Assembly (NCBI RefSeq): GCF_040938485.1
Contig: NW_027271450.1
Span: 992,001 to 1,056,000, forward strand
Source: Diadema antillarum
Taxonomy: Eukaryota
Direction: 5' to 3'
DNA length: 64,000 bases
Under the pieces are notes generated by a model. It did no database searches, was not told the DNA's origin, and was given only the letters and a program-made list of their open reading frames with translations. Shown here in pieces: positions 36,878 through 48,845 of the stretch. The first letter of the stretch is position 1; each line of letters begins with the position of its first letter. A program made the translations under genes and the position numbers.

Positions 36878-37000
36878 CTAGTCATCATCCTCGTATTTAC
36901 GCAGCCGCATCCTCAGTTCCTTGATCTGATCATTCTTCTTGGACAGCATTGACTTCAGGTTTTTGTAAGCCCCAGTTTGACTGAACTTCTTTTCAAGCTC
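36878..37000 (-). CDS. LZTFL1: LZTFL1 exon 8 (last)
   Basis: ELEKKFSQTGAYKNLKSMLSKKNDQIKELRMRLRKYEDDD* matches the recalled vertebrate C-terminus ELEKKFQQTAAYRNMKEILTKKNDQIKDLR. Acceptor CCTGTCAG. Confidence 0.93.
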   Translation of the reverse strand, partial: ELEKKFSQTGAYKNLKSMLSKKNDQIKELRMRLRKYEDDD

Positions 37001-37839
37001 CTGACAGGCACATGACAAACAAAGTTAAGAAAAGGGTTAAAGTTGTACATGAGGAGAAGCATGCAATTACAAAATCTCTAGACAAATCAGACAGGATGGT
37101 TTTCGGTGATTCCTTCTGAGAGTGACCTTTGAGCTGCGATATCATTATGTTAAACAATAAGCTACTGTTTCTCTTTATGGGGGGGGGGGGGAAGGTGAAG
37201 TCTTGTTGATTTGATATAATGACAGTCAAATTTCAAATGTAATACATCAATGCTTAATATCGAAATGTGAAATGGTGGTGGAAGGTACAATTACTTCTTG
37301 AGTTGACAATGATACTTGACTATCAATTACAATAATCATCATGTATATCTTCATATGCTGTTTAACTCAAAAAGACAAGTCCTAGATAAAGAAAGCAGAG
37401 AAATACAATGCAACTTTGCAAGAGTGGGATTTACACAAAACAATACCATGAATTTGATACTTACTGCACAATTTGACGACACAACACTGCAAACAGGTAT
37501 GTAAGCATGTATTTTAAACAGGAATTGTTTGTTCTTGATATCAACGATGACTGGTCATAATAATAAAAAATATAATAATGGCAATGAATAATCAATATAT
37601 ATTTTCCTCTTAATTTCAACCTTCAGTTTCGTCGGGTGCCCATGCATTGGCCGTTAACGCAATACAAACTGTATTGCATTAACGGCCAATGCACGGGCAC
37701 CCGACGGTTTGAAGTAAATGCAGAAATCAAACAGAGAGTCCATTAATAAGAACTGTTTTGACAGTTCAATCTTTACATATACCAGAAAGAATAGTAAATT
37801 GTGATGACAGAATGAGAATGACATCTGGAATAGAAATAC

Positions 37840-37944
37840 CTTTTCTTTCATTTCTAGTTGCTCCTGGATCTCCAGTAACCTATGCTTGGATGATATCAGG
37901 TCCCCTTCTAGTGCATCAGCTCTATCTGCACTCAGCTTCAGATT
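37840..37944 (-). CDS. LZTFL1: LZTFL1 exon 7
   Basis: NLKLSADRADALEGDLISSKHRLLEIQEQLEMKEK; CACAG acceptor, AAG|GTATTT donor, phase 0-0. Confidence 0.88.
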
Positions 37945-38608
37945 CTGTGAGGAGGATTTACGTACATCATTTTTTGTTTTTGTTTTTTAAGAATCAAAAT
38001 TAGTGATTTCTCTCCTTGCCATGAAGATGATATACATTGCATTTGTGTATTAACAGGAGGCAATATTTCAGCATTTTTTTCAATTTTGCAACTATCAATT
38101 GATTTGCAAAATTTGAACAAAAAAAAAAAGTAGTGATATATGGCCGATACAGTATTCAGTCTATAAACTTGTCTCCACAATCCATTAGTTACCTCCTCAA
38201 TATTCTCACTGAAATGTATCAATTGGTGTCACCAGAATAAAACAAAAACCAAAACAAAGACAAGAGTATGAATTTGCACTGAATTTTGCACATCATTACT
38301 GCTTGAAGCGTGAATTTCAGGAACCGACTGGATAATATCCATCCCAAAAAATAACAAAAAATAAAAACAAAAATTATAACTGGGATTTGCCATAAACAAA
38401 TATTTCAAACACAAATATTTCAAACACCATGTACTTATTAAGCTATTGACACTTCACTAATCCCTACTGGCGACCTTACATTTTAATACATCCAAAAAAA
38501 GAGAGCATTACATTACAACAGGTTCTCTTTGCTACCCTTAGATGTCAAAATTCATACACTATGCTAAACTAAGTGTTATTCTGAATCACATCTCCGTACC
38601 AAACTTAC

Positions 38609-38767
38609 CTTTTCCATTTCAGACCTGACAGAAGCCATTTTATTCTCCATCTCGTCCATGTTAGCCCCACCAGTTGGGAGTTTTCTATTCTTAGCATCCC
38701 CTAACTCCTCTTGAGTTCGCCTAAGGTCAGCCTCCAGCTTGCTCCTGTCCTGCAGGGCCCCTGAAGC
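38609..38767 (-). CDS. LZTFL1: LZTFL1 exon 6
   Basis: ASGALQDRSKLEADLRRTQEEL...MENKMASVRSEMEK (coiled coil); GACAG acceptor, AAG|GTAAGT donor. Confidence 0.88.
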
Positions 38768-38825
38768 CTGTCGACATGGACACAGACATTCTTGCATTAC
38801 ACTACACTTTACAGAGTATCTGCTT

Positions 38826-39321
38826 GTGCTGCAATTACACCATGTTCCTGGAGGCCATGGCAGTCACATTTCAGACCACCGTGGACGTACCGGGATGGAT
38901 GTGAGACAATGGGGTGAGATGGGATAGGTTAACTTGACATGACGTGATTGCCGTGGATGCCGTGTCAGATTTTTAAACTGTCAAAAAATTTACCAAGGCA
39001 GTCCCAGTGCTAATGAGGAACCTTGTAGGCCTTAATAAAACGGGGTAAACACAACCAAACACGACGCCACGTAGTAGGCCATAACAAAACTTGGAGGGGG
39101 TCCGTAGTGGGACGCGATGGAAAATATTGATGATCTAGCCTGACCAGCCTCTGTGAGAACAGCACCTGATAGCTATGTATTCACTGGAGCAAGGACTGGA
39201 ACAATCGAGACTAGTATACTGCAGCGGGAAAACAGGAGAATGTCTCATCTACCGACGACACACTGCGTTTTGGGCAAATGGGGCTGCTGTGGCTGCCGGG
39301 AACATGGTGTAAACACAGCAT
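38826..39321. mobile_element. Degenerate MITE in LZTFL1 intron 5
   Basis: About 45-bp imperfect inverted ends TGCTG...TTACACCATGTTCC / GGAACATGGTGTAA...CAGCA. Confidence 0.5.
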
Positions 39322-39446
39322 TACATCTGGACTCCATTTCACAGAAAGTTGTTATGGCAGCAGCTCTTCCCGCAAATGGCAAGTGTCATGGTTATGACAA
39401 GGATCCTGCTTCCAGATTGATTGCTGCTACAAGAAGTCGCTATACT

Positions 39447-39900
39447 TGAATTGAATTGAAATTGAATTGTAAAGGTGTTTTATTCATCAATATCCATTGC
39501 AGCCCAGAGGCTGAATTACAGACATTGTTAACAAAGGAGCATGAATACATTAAAAATACACACAAGATACAGCGTAGCAATGAAAAAAAAATGCATAGAA
39601 CAAAAATCAATCTTATTCATCTTAACCATTGCACAATGAGATCAACCTATAATACAAAACAAAAAACAAATATTACAATTACAATATCTAATATCACTAT
39701 TCTCAATTATTATTAAAAATAGATTGAGTTTATGTTAATTATGTATGCTGGTCACTTATACTTATTGATACTGATGTTGTTATACAGCTCAAATCAACAC
39801 ATTTTACACAGCAAAAATAATCAGTTTCATTAAAAAATGTACTATTTTCTCACAATCTTCTCTTCCTAAACATTAACTCTCATATCAAAATATATTCAAT
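39447..39900 (-). mobile_element. LINE 3' tail relic
   Basis: On the minus strand, AATAAA followed by a (CAATT)n-like tail at 39447-39470. Confidence 0.45.
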
Positions 39901-40649
39901 CTACACACAGCAAATTACATCCAGCAAGAATCACCATGGCAATGTCTGTTATAAAATGAGACCCTGTATTATGATATATACAGGGATGGTGCAGCTAACC
40001 AGAAAGCTCTCTGGAGCAAAAATGTCTGTAAATTCAAGCGGCATCAGCATATACACTTGAAGCTGCAGACATTTTTGCACACTAGAGCACAGATTAAAAA
40101 TTGTATTTCATAAGTTTCTGTAAAATTTAAATTTGACACATCATAGTGCCAATGAATAAATCAGAACATTACGTAACTCATGTCGCACAAAAAGGCAACC
40201 TTTGACAAACTTGATGCCAGCTTCTTGAGCATGGATGACCTAACACACCCCTATGCTTAGATTTAGCTGTTTACACACATGCCCTCTCAGTGCTCTTCTT
40301 TGACAAGACTTAGGTATGTACAAGATGCTACAATCTTTTGGAATGATTATGATGCAGTGTAAAAGTTTGACAGCCTAACCTCATTTTCTGCTAATACAAA
40401 GTAAAAGTTGGCAAGCCCTACAGAGTACTAGGGGTGTACAGACAAGGAACTGACTTTAATTTGCCTTTATAATCATCATGCATTTTACATAACACCCAGG
40501 TTTATCACTTTTACCTGGGTGTGGCCTACTTCAATCATACATAATATAATGGCACACCCATGCAATGCTGAACAACTATGAATTTGGCACACAATATGCT
40601 AATTTCAGTTTACTGACAGAATTTGTTAACAAACTTCTTGGATATTTAC

Positions 40650-40790
40650 CTTTGATTCAATTTGTGTGAGCCGCTCTTTGAGTTTGTTATTCTCCTCATT
40701 CAGCCGTTCAATCTCATTCTGTAGCAGCTGGACTCCACCTGCCTCCATGGGGTCCAGGCGTTTCAGTTCAAAGGTTGGCTTGGAGGAAGA
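40650..40790 (-). CDS. LZTFL1: LZTFL1 exon 5
   Basis: SSSKPTFELKRLDPMEAGGVQLLQNEIERLNEENNKLKERLTQIESK; AATCAG acceptor, AAG|GTAAAT donor. Confidence 0.9.
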
Positions 40791-41634
40791 CTGATTGAGG
40801 ATGGCAAAAAGACATTGAGAAATACTAGATGATAACATCATGCAGAAAAGGAATAACAAATGACAACAGTCATCTATCAATCAAATAATAATTACACAAC
40901 AGTAATACTCCTAATGTATCATACCATACATAATTACAGTACAATGCATATCACATGAAAGTAAATTGCAGTGTTCATATATATAGTTTGTTTAATTCTG
41001 AATATTTTGCCCTCTCCATCCCCCCGTTTCCTTCCAGTTCCCTTTGTGACTGTCATTACATACTGGTAGCTACAGGTCATGGTAATTACATACGGTTTTA
41101 CCTTCTTCTTTTTTTTTTTGCCCCTGGCGGACCTGTTAACCATGTCACAATCTACTTTTTTCTTCTCCTTTGTTTTAGTCTGTACATTTTGTTTTGTTTC
41201 TTCCCTCTGTTGAATTGAAAGTGCTTGGTGACTTCCTATGCAGAAACATTTGAAATGCCGAACAAATAATATTAGTGTTCTTTAAAACAAAACAGCACAG
41301 AGCAAGAAACTAAGTTAAGTGAGCTTTGTGCTGGACAACTCACGATTCATCTGATATGAAGTGTTGTCAAACTATGGGAGAAGGAAGAAGGTCACAGAAA
41401 TTAGAAGCTAAATTTACAAAATTGTTGAGCTTTGCAGTGCATTGACAGCAAAACCCTAACTAACTGATGACATTCAAAATCATCTCATGATAAGTTCCTT
41501 TATATCTTATTGAAACAAATCCTGATGTATGAATGCCCAGAGCAAAGATAACTTGGCAGATGCAATCCTGTCATACATATGATACTGAATTTAGATGTGA
41601 AATAATTTGCTTTAAAGATTTGAAATGAACTTAC

Positions 41635-41689
41635 AGCAGATCCTGAGAACTGCCTCTCTTCAAACTTGGCAATCATTTCAATCAGCTCC
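41635..41689 (-). CDS. LZTFL1: LZTFL1 exon 4
   Basis: (R)ELIEMIAKFEERQFSGSA; TTCTGCAG acceptor, GCT|GTAAGT donor, phase 2-0. Confidence 0.88.
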
Positions 41690-42319
41690 CTGCAGAAAAT
41701 GGAGAGAATGAGGTTAAAAAATAGATACAATGAGACCCTAAAATTAGAGAATAGAGGAGTTTACTATATACATGTACATGTATTTCATGAAAACTGCTAC
41801 TATTTTCTTCAAATTAATTGTGTGCAGTGTCATCATACATTGCAATAGCTTTGCAAGTAGTGCTAACTGCACACTATCTAAGGGGCCAAATGTAAAATCA
41901 TCACATCTAGTAAGTTGGATACTTTGCTACAATGATGACGATTTGCATTGTCAATGGTAGATATTATCATCATGACTAAATGGTGGCTGCTGAAGTGCTG
42001 CAATTTCAATTCCTACATCGAAATTAATACCATTCATGCCATAGACCATCATCTCCTGGTCTGGAAGTGAGATGCACAAGGGTACATCATCCTCTAGTCC
42101 GAAGAACTCAGACTGCCCACAAGTAGCCAGCGGTTTAATGACCATGACATTCATTTCTAATCCCTACGTCTATGTGTGGCTATCACTCGATATATAACTG
42201 GATGTTGACATTCTGACTGTCTAAACTTGTTAACATAGACCCAACAATGAGATGCACTCTCTCAGGTCACACATCTACTGGTGATAAACCCCAAAAAGGG
42301 CATGGTAGGGGCAGGGCAC

Positions 42320-42514
42320 CTGTTCTCCAGTTCTGAGATGTCAGCCTGGAGCTTGAGATGCCACTTCTCTGCCTGTTGGAAGAGTTGCCTCAGGAGGAGC
42401 ACATTGGTGTGGGAGGTGTTGATGAGCTCCGATTCGACCTCCCCTCGGACCACTGCCTCCAGCCCGTCCAGTAGGTCGGTCACTTCATCCACGGTGAAGG
42501 TCTCATCTGTTAGT
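42320..42514 (-). CDS. LZTFL1: LZTFL1 exon 3
   Basis: LTDETFTVDEVTDLLDGLEAVVRGEVESELINTSHTNVLLLRQLFQQAEKWHLKLQADISELENR is very close to the recalled conserved LZTFL1 N-terminal domain; phase 2-2. Confidence 0.95.
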
Positions 42515-43029
42515 CTACATTGGGATGCGTTGGAATTCATTTATGTTCACAAGAATTCAGCAGACAATTACAACATTCTGCACTCTTTTAACTATTAACT
42601 ACATTCACAGTCAACCCTATTCTTCAAAGCATGCAGCTCTCTCCAATCTGGGTGCACAAGATGAGGGGCATTTTTAGGTATGTGCAACTTCAGAGTAGCC
42701 TCCAGCTTCTAAATTAACGTGACAGTGTGGAGCTGGCTGACGCATGCATGAAATATCTGACGATACACATGTTGGGATAACACTCAGTGAATCAATACAA
42801 ATCCTAGGTGTAAGGGGCTCTTAGTTATGTTGCATGCTTTCTACACCATGATCATTCCGGTGTCATATAACTGTTTCACTATCGAAGAAAATACCTACCA
42901 GTAATCTTAACATATATATCTTTTTTAATATTTGTACGGAGAAGATAATTACATCTCTTTTCCTAGATGAATGTGATTTTAGTGCTACCGTTGAAGGGAT
43001 AGAAGGCGGACATCACTGAAGCGTCTTAC

Positions 43030-43157
43030 CTGCTGTCTTTTACATCCTCAAAGCATGCCTCCACACTGCGCAGGTTCTGTATACGTTTGTAGTTGGCAAA
43101 CCTCATGTAATTTACCACAGTGGTGTGGTGATGCTCATTCAGACCCAGCTCACCTGC
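43030..43157 (-). CDS. LZTFL1: LZTFL1 exon 2
   Basis: AGELGLNEHHHTTVVNYMRFANYKRIQNLRSVEACFEDVKDSR; TCACAG acceptor, AG|GTAAGA donor. Confidence 0.93.
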
Positions 43158-44130
43158 CTGTGATACAATAGCAAACAAGATTTCACATATCATATACAGT
43201 GTATACAGTAATTTATATTATTTAGGTACCGGTATCATCGAAATTTGGGAGTATACAGCGTACAAAATTACATTTCATTCTACATCATTAACTTTTTCTT
43301 TCCCCTTCACCCACCTTTCCCAACCTTTAAAGGTGGCACATATCACACATGTAGGAGAGTGGATCGTATCACCGGGTGCTTTTTTTTCATGGCTCTGAAC
43401 TCCATGCTCAGAGGATAAAATTTCGGCCAAAAATAGCACCAGTTATTCACAAAGTCCTGAAAATTACGAATTCTACAAAATCATGAAAATTATTCACTCC
43501 GATTTTTTTTTATAATTCTGGACACAATTTTCGTAATGGAATAGGCCCTAATCAATGTCTTTCGCACATTGTCCTTGCACCAGAATCACAATTCATACCC
43601 ACAACTCACCTTATACATTCTTACCGAGCAGGCAACAAAGAAAAAACTGGCAAATGGGGCTCAAATTTCATATTTTACAGTAAAATGTCAAACTTGACGT
43701 TTTTTGACCAGTTCACGCGATAAAACCTTGTGATAAATCAACATCTTCTTCTAAATCTGAGGTGAAATGTGAATTTCTTAGCATTTTTACGTCACATTTT
43801 TGTGTTTTGGTCCATACAACAGTCAACACTCTGTGAGGCTAATCCACAAAGTCCCGTGCGTAATGAATACGTCTAGAGGCTTCTATCATTAGTATGCAAA
43901 AATGTGCACGTCTGGAATTTTTGAATACCAAGGTCCATACTGTCCAGTAGAGCATGTCATCATTTCAGCTTCTATAGACCTCTAGTCTGTGTTTATGGTT
44001 TAGAATTTCTAGTCTTACGACTTAGAGTCTCATAAGTACCGGTAGAATCTATATTACGGATTCGTTTTGTTTTATTGAAATTTAGAATAGATAATACCTA
44101 GGATCTATAACCCAAACTAGACCCCTAAAT

Positions 44131-45132
44131 AACAAGGAAAAGTAGAAATTACGCGGTGCGTAATATATGTCCCCGCCGGAAGTAGCATTTTGTAACAAAA
44201 TGTGCAATATAGGTAAAAAATCAAGGTCAAAGGTCAAAGAAGTCAAAGGTCAAAATTCTGTGTAGAAGTTTTGAAGCCCTCACCTAGTGCCATCACATAA
44301 AGCAAATGGAATCGAAATTGGGTTAGAAATGGCGAAGGAGTAGCATTTTGTAGCCAATGTACAATATAGGTCAAAAATCAAGGTCAAAGGTCAAAGAAGA
44401 CAAAGGTCGAAATTCTGTGTAGAAGTTTTGAAGCCCTCACCTAGTGCTATCACATAAAGCAAACGGAATCGAAATCGGGTTAGAAATGGCGAAGGAGTAG
44501 CATTTTGTAGCAAAATGCACAATATAGGTCAAAAATCAAGGTCAAAGGTCAAAGAAGTCAAAGGTCAAAATTCTGTGTAGAAGTTTTGAAGCCCTCAACT
44601 AGTGCCATCATATAAAGCAAACGGAATCGAAATCGGGTTAGAAATGGCGAAGGAGTAGCATTTTGTAGCAAAATGTACAATATAGGTCAAAAATCAAGGT
44701 CAAAGGTCAAAGAAGTCAAAGGTCAAAATTCTGTGTAGAAGTTCTGAAGCCCTCACCTAGTGCCATCACATAAAGCAAACGGAATCGAAATCGGGTTAGA
44801 AATGGCGAAGGAGTAGCGTTTTGAAGCAAAATGTACAATATAGGTCAAAGGTCAAGGTCAAAGGTCACGACTGAAATTCTGTGTAGAAGTTTCAAAGCTC
44901 CCATGTAGTGCTATCATATAAAGCAAACAGAATCAAAATTGGCTCATAAATGACAGAGAAGTAGCAAATTGAAGATTTTGATCACACACGGACGCACACA
45001 CGGACGCACACACGGACGGACGGACGGACGGACGGACGGACGGACGGACGGACGGACGGACACACGGACACACACACGTACGGAGCCCGTTTCATAGTCC
45101 CCTGCTCGAACTCGTTCGGCGGGGACAATTAA
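44131..45132. mobile_element. Helentron-associated non-autonomous element (HINE/DINE-1/pearl-like)
   Basis: AACAAG start; sub-terminal inverted repeat GTCCCCGCCG (44169) / CGGCGGGGAC (45117); five ~158-bp tandem units; (GGAC)n microsatellite; terminal stem-loop 45096-45126; A-rich insertion site without TSD. Confidence 0.8.
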
Positions 45133-45431
45133 CAATACATAAAACCTAGTGAAGAAGGCGCCTTTTAAATACTAGATACTCTAGACCTACTTTGTCTTTG
45201 TTAGTCGATTTATTAATATTATTTCATTGTCATTGCGAATGTCACTGACAATGAACAGAAATAAATTTAGAAATAGAAATTGAATTGAATTATGGAATCT
45301 GCAGACTTCTGCATGCACGCAGAATGCAGTACAGTCAAAACGGGTAGGTACAAAACGCCTATCACTACACAGTTGCTAGTTGTGTGGCTAGCCAGCTGTA
45401 ACGTTTAGGGTCTAGACTCGACTCTACCTAA

Positions 45432-46130
45432 CTACAGTTGTATACACAGCCCTGTCTCACTAACCAGTTCCATGAATTCGCATAATAATTTGTTGTTTTC
45501 CATCTTGCTAGATGGGCTCCTGTAGATGCATCCCACCAGAAGCTTGTCACTTCCTGTGAGTTGGATAGTACACCAAATGTTTTCTGTGTAGTTCAAGTCA
45601 AACAAAATTTCTTGAGCTTTGAGATTTGTACTGACGTAAATCGCTAGGCCTCGGTGCTTATTTTCCTTGTCTGTATTTGTAAATACATCATATCCTTCAA
45701 CTTTAATCAGTTCATGCGATACATTAAGGGTGCCCGATTTCGGGATAACTTCACATATCATAATTACTTCTGGGTTGTGTTCTCCACAAGTACTTGCAGT
45801 TCATCCATTTTGTTTATAAGAGAGTCTGCATTTGTATATAATACCTTGAATTTGTTCTGATGATTGTGCTCGACACATGTAAGCTCTAGTCCTCCCATGG
45901 GTCCTCCATTATTATGGCCGAGCCATTGGGTCTTTGGAGACCCGCCTACTGCTCCAAATACTCCATCTACTTGAATGTCATTATCATCGTCTATGTAGTG
46001 TGGCTTATGTAGAGCTGAATCCTGAGTGCTTTCCGGCAAAAAGCTCAATTTTAGGTGCCAATTTTTGGGGTGCCTACAGCAAAGTTCAAGGCCAGGCCAG
46101 TGCCCAGGTCAGGGTACTCCCGGCCGTTCA
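45432..46130 (-). pseudogene. CR1/L2-type LINE ORF2 N-terminus (APE endonuclease), frameshifted and truncated
   Basis: KFKVLYTNADSLINKMDEL / PEVIMICEVIPK / RGLAIYV / ENIWCTI / LVGCIYRSPSS are APE motifs; frameshift near 45765. Confidence 0.85.
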
Positions 46131-46238
46131 ACCAGGCATGCGTACTTCATAGCTTACAGGCAAGTTGCACGCGACTGACAAGGTTACACAGAGGTCATGC
46201 AACCCAAAGGAATCAGGAATAGTGGAGAAGCCTGAATA

Positions 46239-47560
46239 ATGGATACACTTCAGAAAACTCTTTCTAGGTTATCACCTTTCAGCAAAGATAAAAATCCTAG
46301 CATTCAGGATGGGAATGTAAATGATTCTGAATTTGATGATGACACCTCATCAGAAGTTGTATTGAAAGAGCCTACAACAAGCCATCACCCGGATGTTAAT
46401 AAAGGGCCTGAACGTACGCATGCATCTAAACGTACCGGAACCAAGAAACAAGCCAGTCCTAAAGCAAAACGAACTGTAACCTTTGCCGACTCAAGCAACC
46501 ATGGCCGCGATCAGGAGAAAAGAAAGGACTTAGGTCGTGCACGTGGTAAGAAGGGATCAAGCAAAAAGGACATATATATCTGTGAGTACTGTAACGAAGA
46601 GGGCATGACCCATATGATTGAGTGTGAAGCATGCGAGAGGTGGTCGTGCCTGGATTGTCACCATGTGACACTAGACATGTATCATTTCTTCACTGACGAT
46701 AAGAACAGAGCCCACTGGTTCTGCAGAGATTCAATTGCAATTGAAGCAGCAAAAATCAGAATAAGTAGCAAAAATGTAACAAAAAACCTGTAACAATGTA
46801 GAAAGTGAAATGAAGGAAACCGTAGAGAAGATACTGAAAAATGCACAGGAAACAATGAAAGAGATGGTGAATGATGGAGTTAAAAAGCTCAGAAAATCTT
46901 ATGCTAATGTGTGTAGAGATCAAGCTGAAGTGGATGCTAAGGTCAAAGGAGGATTACCAAACCCTGCAATTACTGTACTACAACGACCTAAGCCCAAGGG
47001 AAAAGCAAACAGCACAACTGATACTGATAGAGACAGTTCTGATGAAGGTAACTTGGACTCGAAATATGAAGTCGGGAATGTTGTGACTATGACTACAATG
47101 GAGGAGATCATGGACAGAGAAAAGAGAAAGAATAATGTTGTTTTCTACAACATACCTGAGTCCCAACAAGAACAACTGCACGACAGGGTTGCGGAAGACA
47201 AGAAAGCAGTCCTAGACATCACCAAAAATGGCCTTAAAGTACACAACATCCAAATAGTTAAAGCCATTCGCCTTGGAAGTAAACGGCAGAGTAAGACGTC
47301 AAAACCCAGAGCCCTTCTGATCCATTTGGAGAGCCCACACATGAAAAGCGAAGTACTGTCTGCATCTAGGAGGCTGCGACAAACAGACAAATGGAAGGAC
47401 ACATACATATCCCCTGATATGACAAGACAACAAAGGGAGGAAAGCTGGAAATTAAGACAAGAACTCAAGCAGAGGAGAGAAAACGGGGAACAGGACCTTA
47501 TGATACGTCAGGGAAAAATTGTGACAAGATGGAGGAAAAATCAGCCAAAGAAGGTGAAGG
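46239..47560 (+). pseudogene. CR1/L2-type LINE ORF1 (PHD finger + coiled coil + RRM-like), frameshifted
   Basis: CEYC..CEACERWSCLDC..WFC zinc finger; REKRKNNVVFYNIPES, RLGSK..PRALLIHLES, YISPDMTRQQRE, DLMIRQGKIV; frameshift near 46800. Confidence 0.85.
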
Positions 47561-47569
47561 GCAACAGAG

Positions 47570-48520
47570 ACAAAGGAAAGCCAAGTGAAGCGAATCTTGA
47601 ACAGCTTAAATGGGAAAGTCTGGAGAGAAGAAATGCTGTTATAAGATGGCTAAGTAATTTCCAGCTTGCTGATTGGTCAAAGCGTACTACGTGATCATTC
47701 GCGAAAAGTGTCTATCCCTGCACGCCCGTGGGATTTTCGCGCACCCAAATTGTTTAATGCACGATTATTCAGCACAAGCTGGGATAATCTCGGAGAAAGC
47801 CTACTCTGGACCATTTTCCAACGGTAAGTACAATTTCAAAATCTTTGATATTTGATTTATTTCATTATTTCTTTCTCATACAAGGTATATTCACCTCGCA
47901 TTTGAAATTACTTAACTTAGCCATCTTATAAAAGGAATAACGCATTTTCCCGTCGTTGTTCAGCGATATGCAGTGCACTCAAGGTTTCTTCTTCGCATGC
48001 ACACTCCACACTCACCTCTGGCTCATGTGGAGTGCGCATGCTCAGAAGAAACCTCTCGTGCACTGCATACCTGGTACTCACTAAACAACTCCGCGGAATG
48101 CGTTATTCCTATACAAGCCTCTTCCTCATGAGCAAAAAATTCAGCACAACATGGCAGCCATCAATGCACAGCACTACACATCACCCACGATTGTTAGCAA
48201 CACACGACAGTACCATCCAAACAAGTTGCTGGCAATTCCTACCAGGACCCAACTCTATCGGAACTCATTTTTTCCACGCACCGCAAGGTGTAACTGCTTG
48301 GAATGGGCTTCCTAAAAACGCCCCTGAAGCCACTTCATCTGTTCATTGGAGGCCTTCAAGGGAGCTCTTCCACTCAGCATCTAGACTGAGGAACTGGATT
48401 TTTACTCGAACCATTTTTAATGCACCAACAAGCATGAACTGCAAATGAGCACCGAAGTTCAACTCCTTGGCACTACATCCCGACTTATGGATCCTGCTGA
48501 GTATCTTCGTAGAAGTAGAT
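47570..48520 (+). mobile_element. 3' end of a CR1/L2-clade LINE ORF2 plus 3' UTR, split by the 47640-48113 insertion
   Basis: LEQLKWESLERR (47597-47630) resumes after 48113 as ...KIQHN..NTRQYHPNKLLAIPTRTQLYRNSFF..AWNGLP (reading across frameshifts), a typical ORF2 C-terminus. Confidence 0.65.
47640..48113. mobile_element. 474-bp element with an internal complement of both ends (Crypton/DIRS-like non-autonomous element)
   Basis: 47915-47931 is the exact reverse complement of the left end 47639-47655; 47933-47946 is the exact reverse complement of the right end 48097-48110; TATA at both termini; long internal hairpin 47967-48069. Confidence 0.6.
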
Positions 48521-48842
48521 TACAATGCCTCCAGTCGGTACAGCCCTGTCGGTGTACATCGACAGGGCCGGGCTGTGTATAGACTCTAACGTTCGACTCT
48601 ACCGAGACTATAGTATGTAGAGCCTAGAGAGGGCATCCGGCAGGCAGGGCAGGGCAAACCACGGCACCCACCGGCAGCACAAGCAGCTAGCACTAGCACT
48701 ATTTAGCAGGGAAGAAGAAGGGCATAGAAGAAGGTCGTCAACACATGGGTGAAACGTCACACAAAATCAACATCATAACAACTAAACGTATCTATTTTAG
48801 CATACAAAAAAAAATAGACAACGATAGCAACATGATACCTAC

Positions 48843-48845
48843 CAT
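48843..48845 (-). CDS. LZTFL1: LZTFL1 exon 1 (start codon only)
   Basis: CATAATG|GTAGGT on the minus strand; phase 0 joins exon 2 to give MAGELGLNEHH; an ATG-only first coding exon is what I recall for vertebrate LZTFL1. Full model 909 nt, 302 aa. Confidence 0.65.

Noticed and set aside
41951-42154. Minus-strand ORF inside LZTFL1 intron 3
   Set aside because: No recognisable homology, and exons 3 and 4 already join in phase and align without it.
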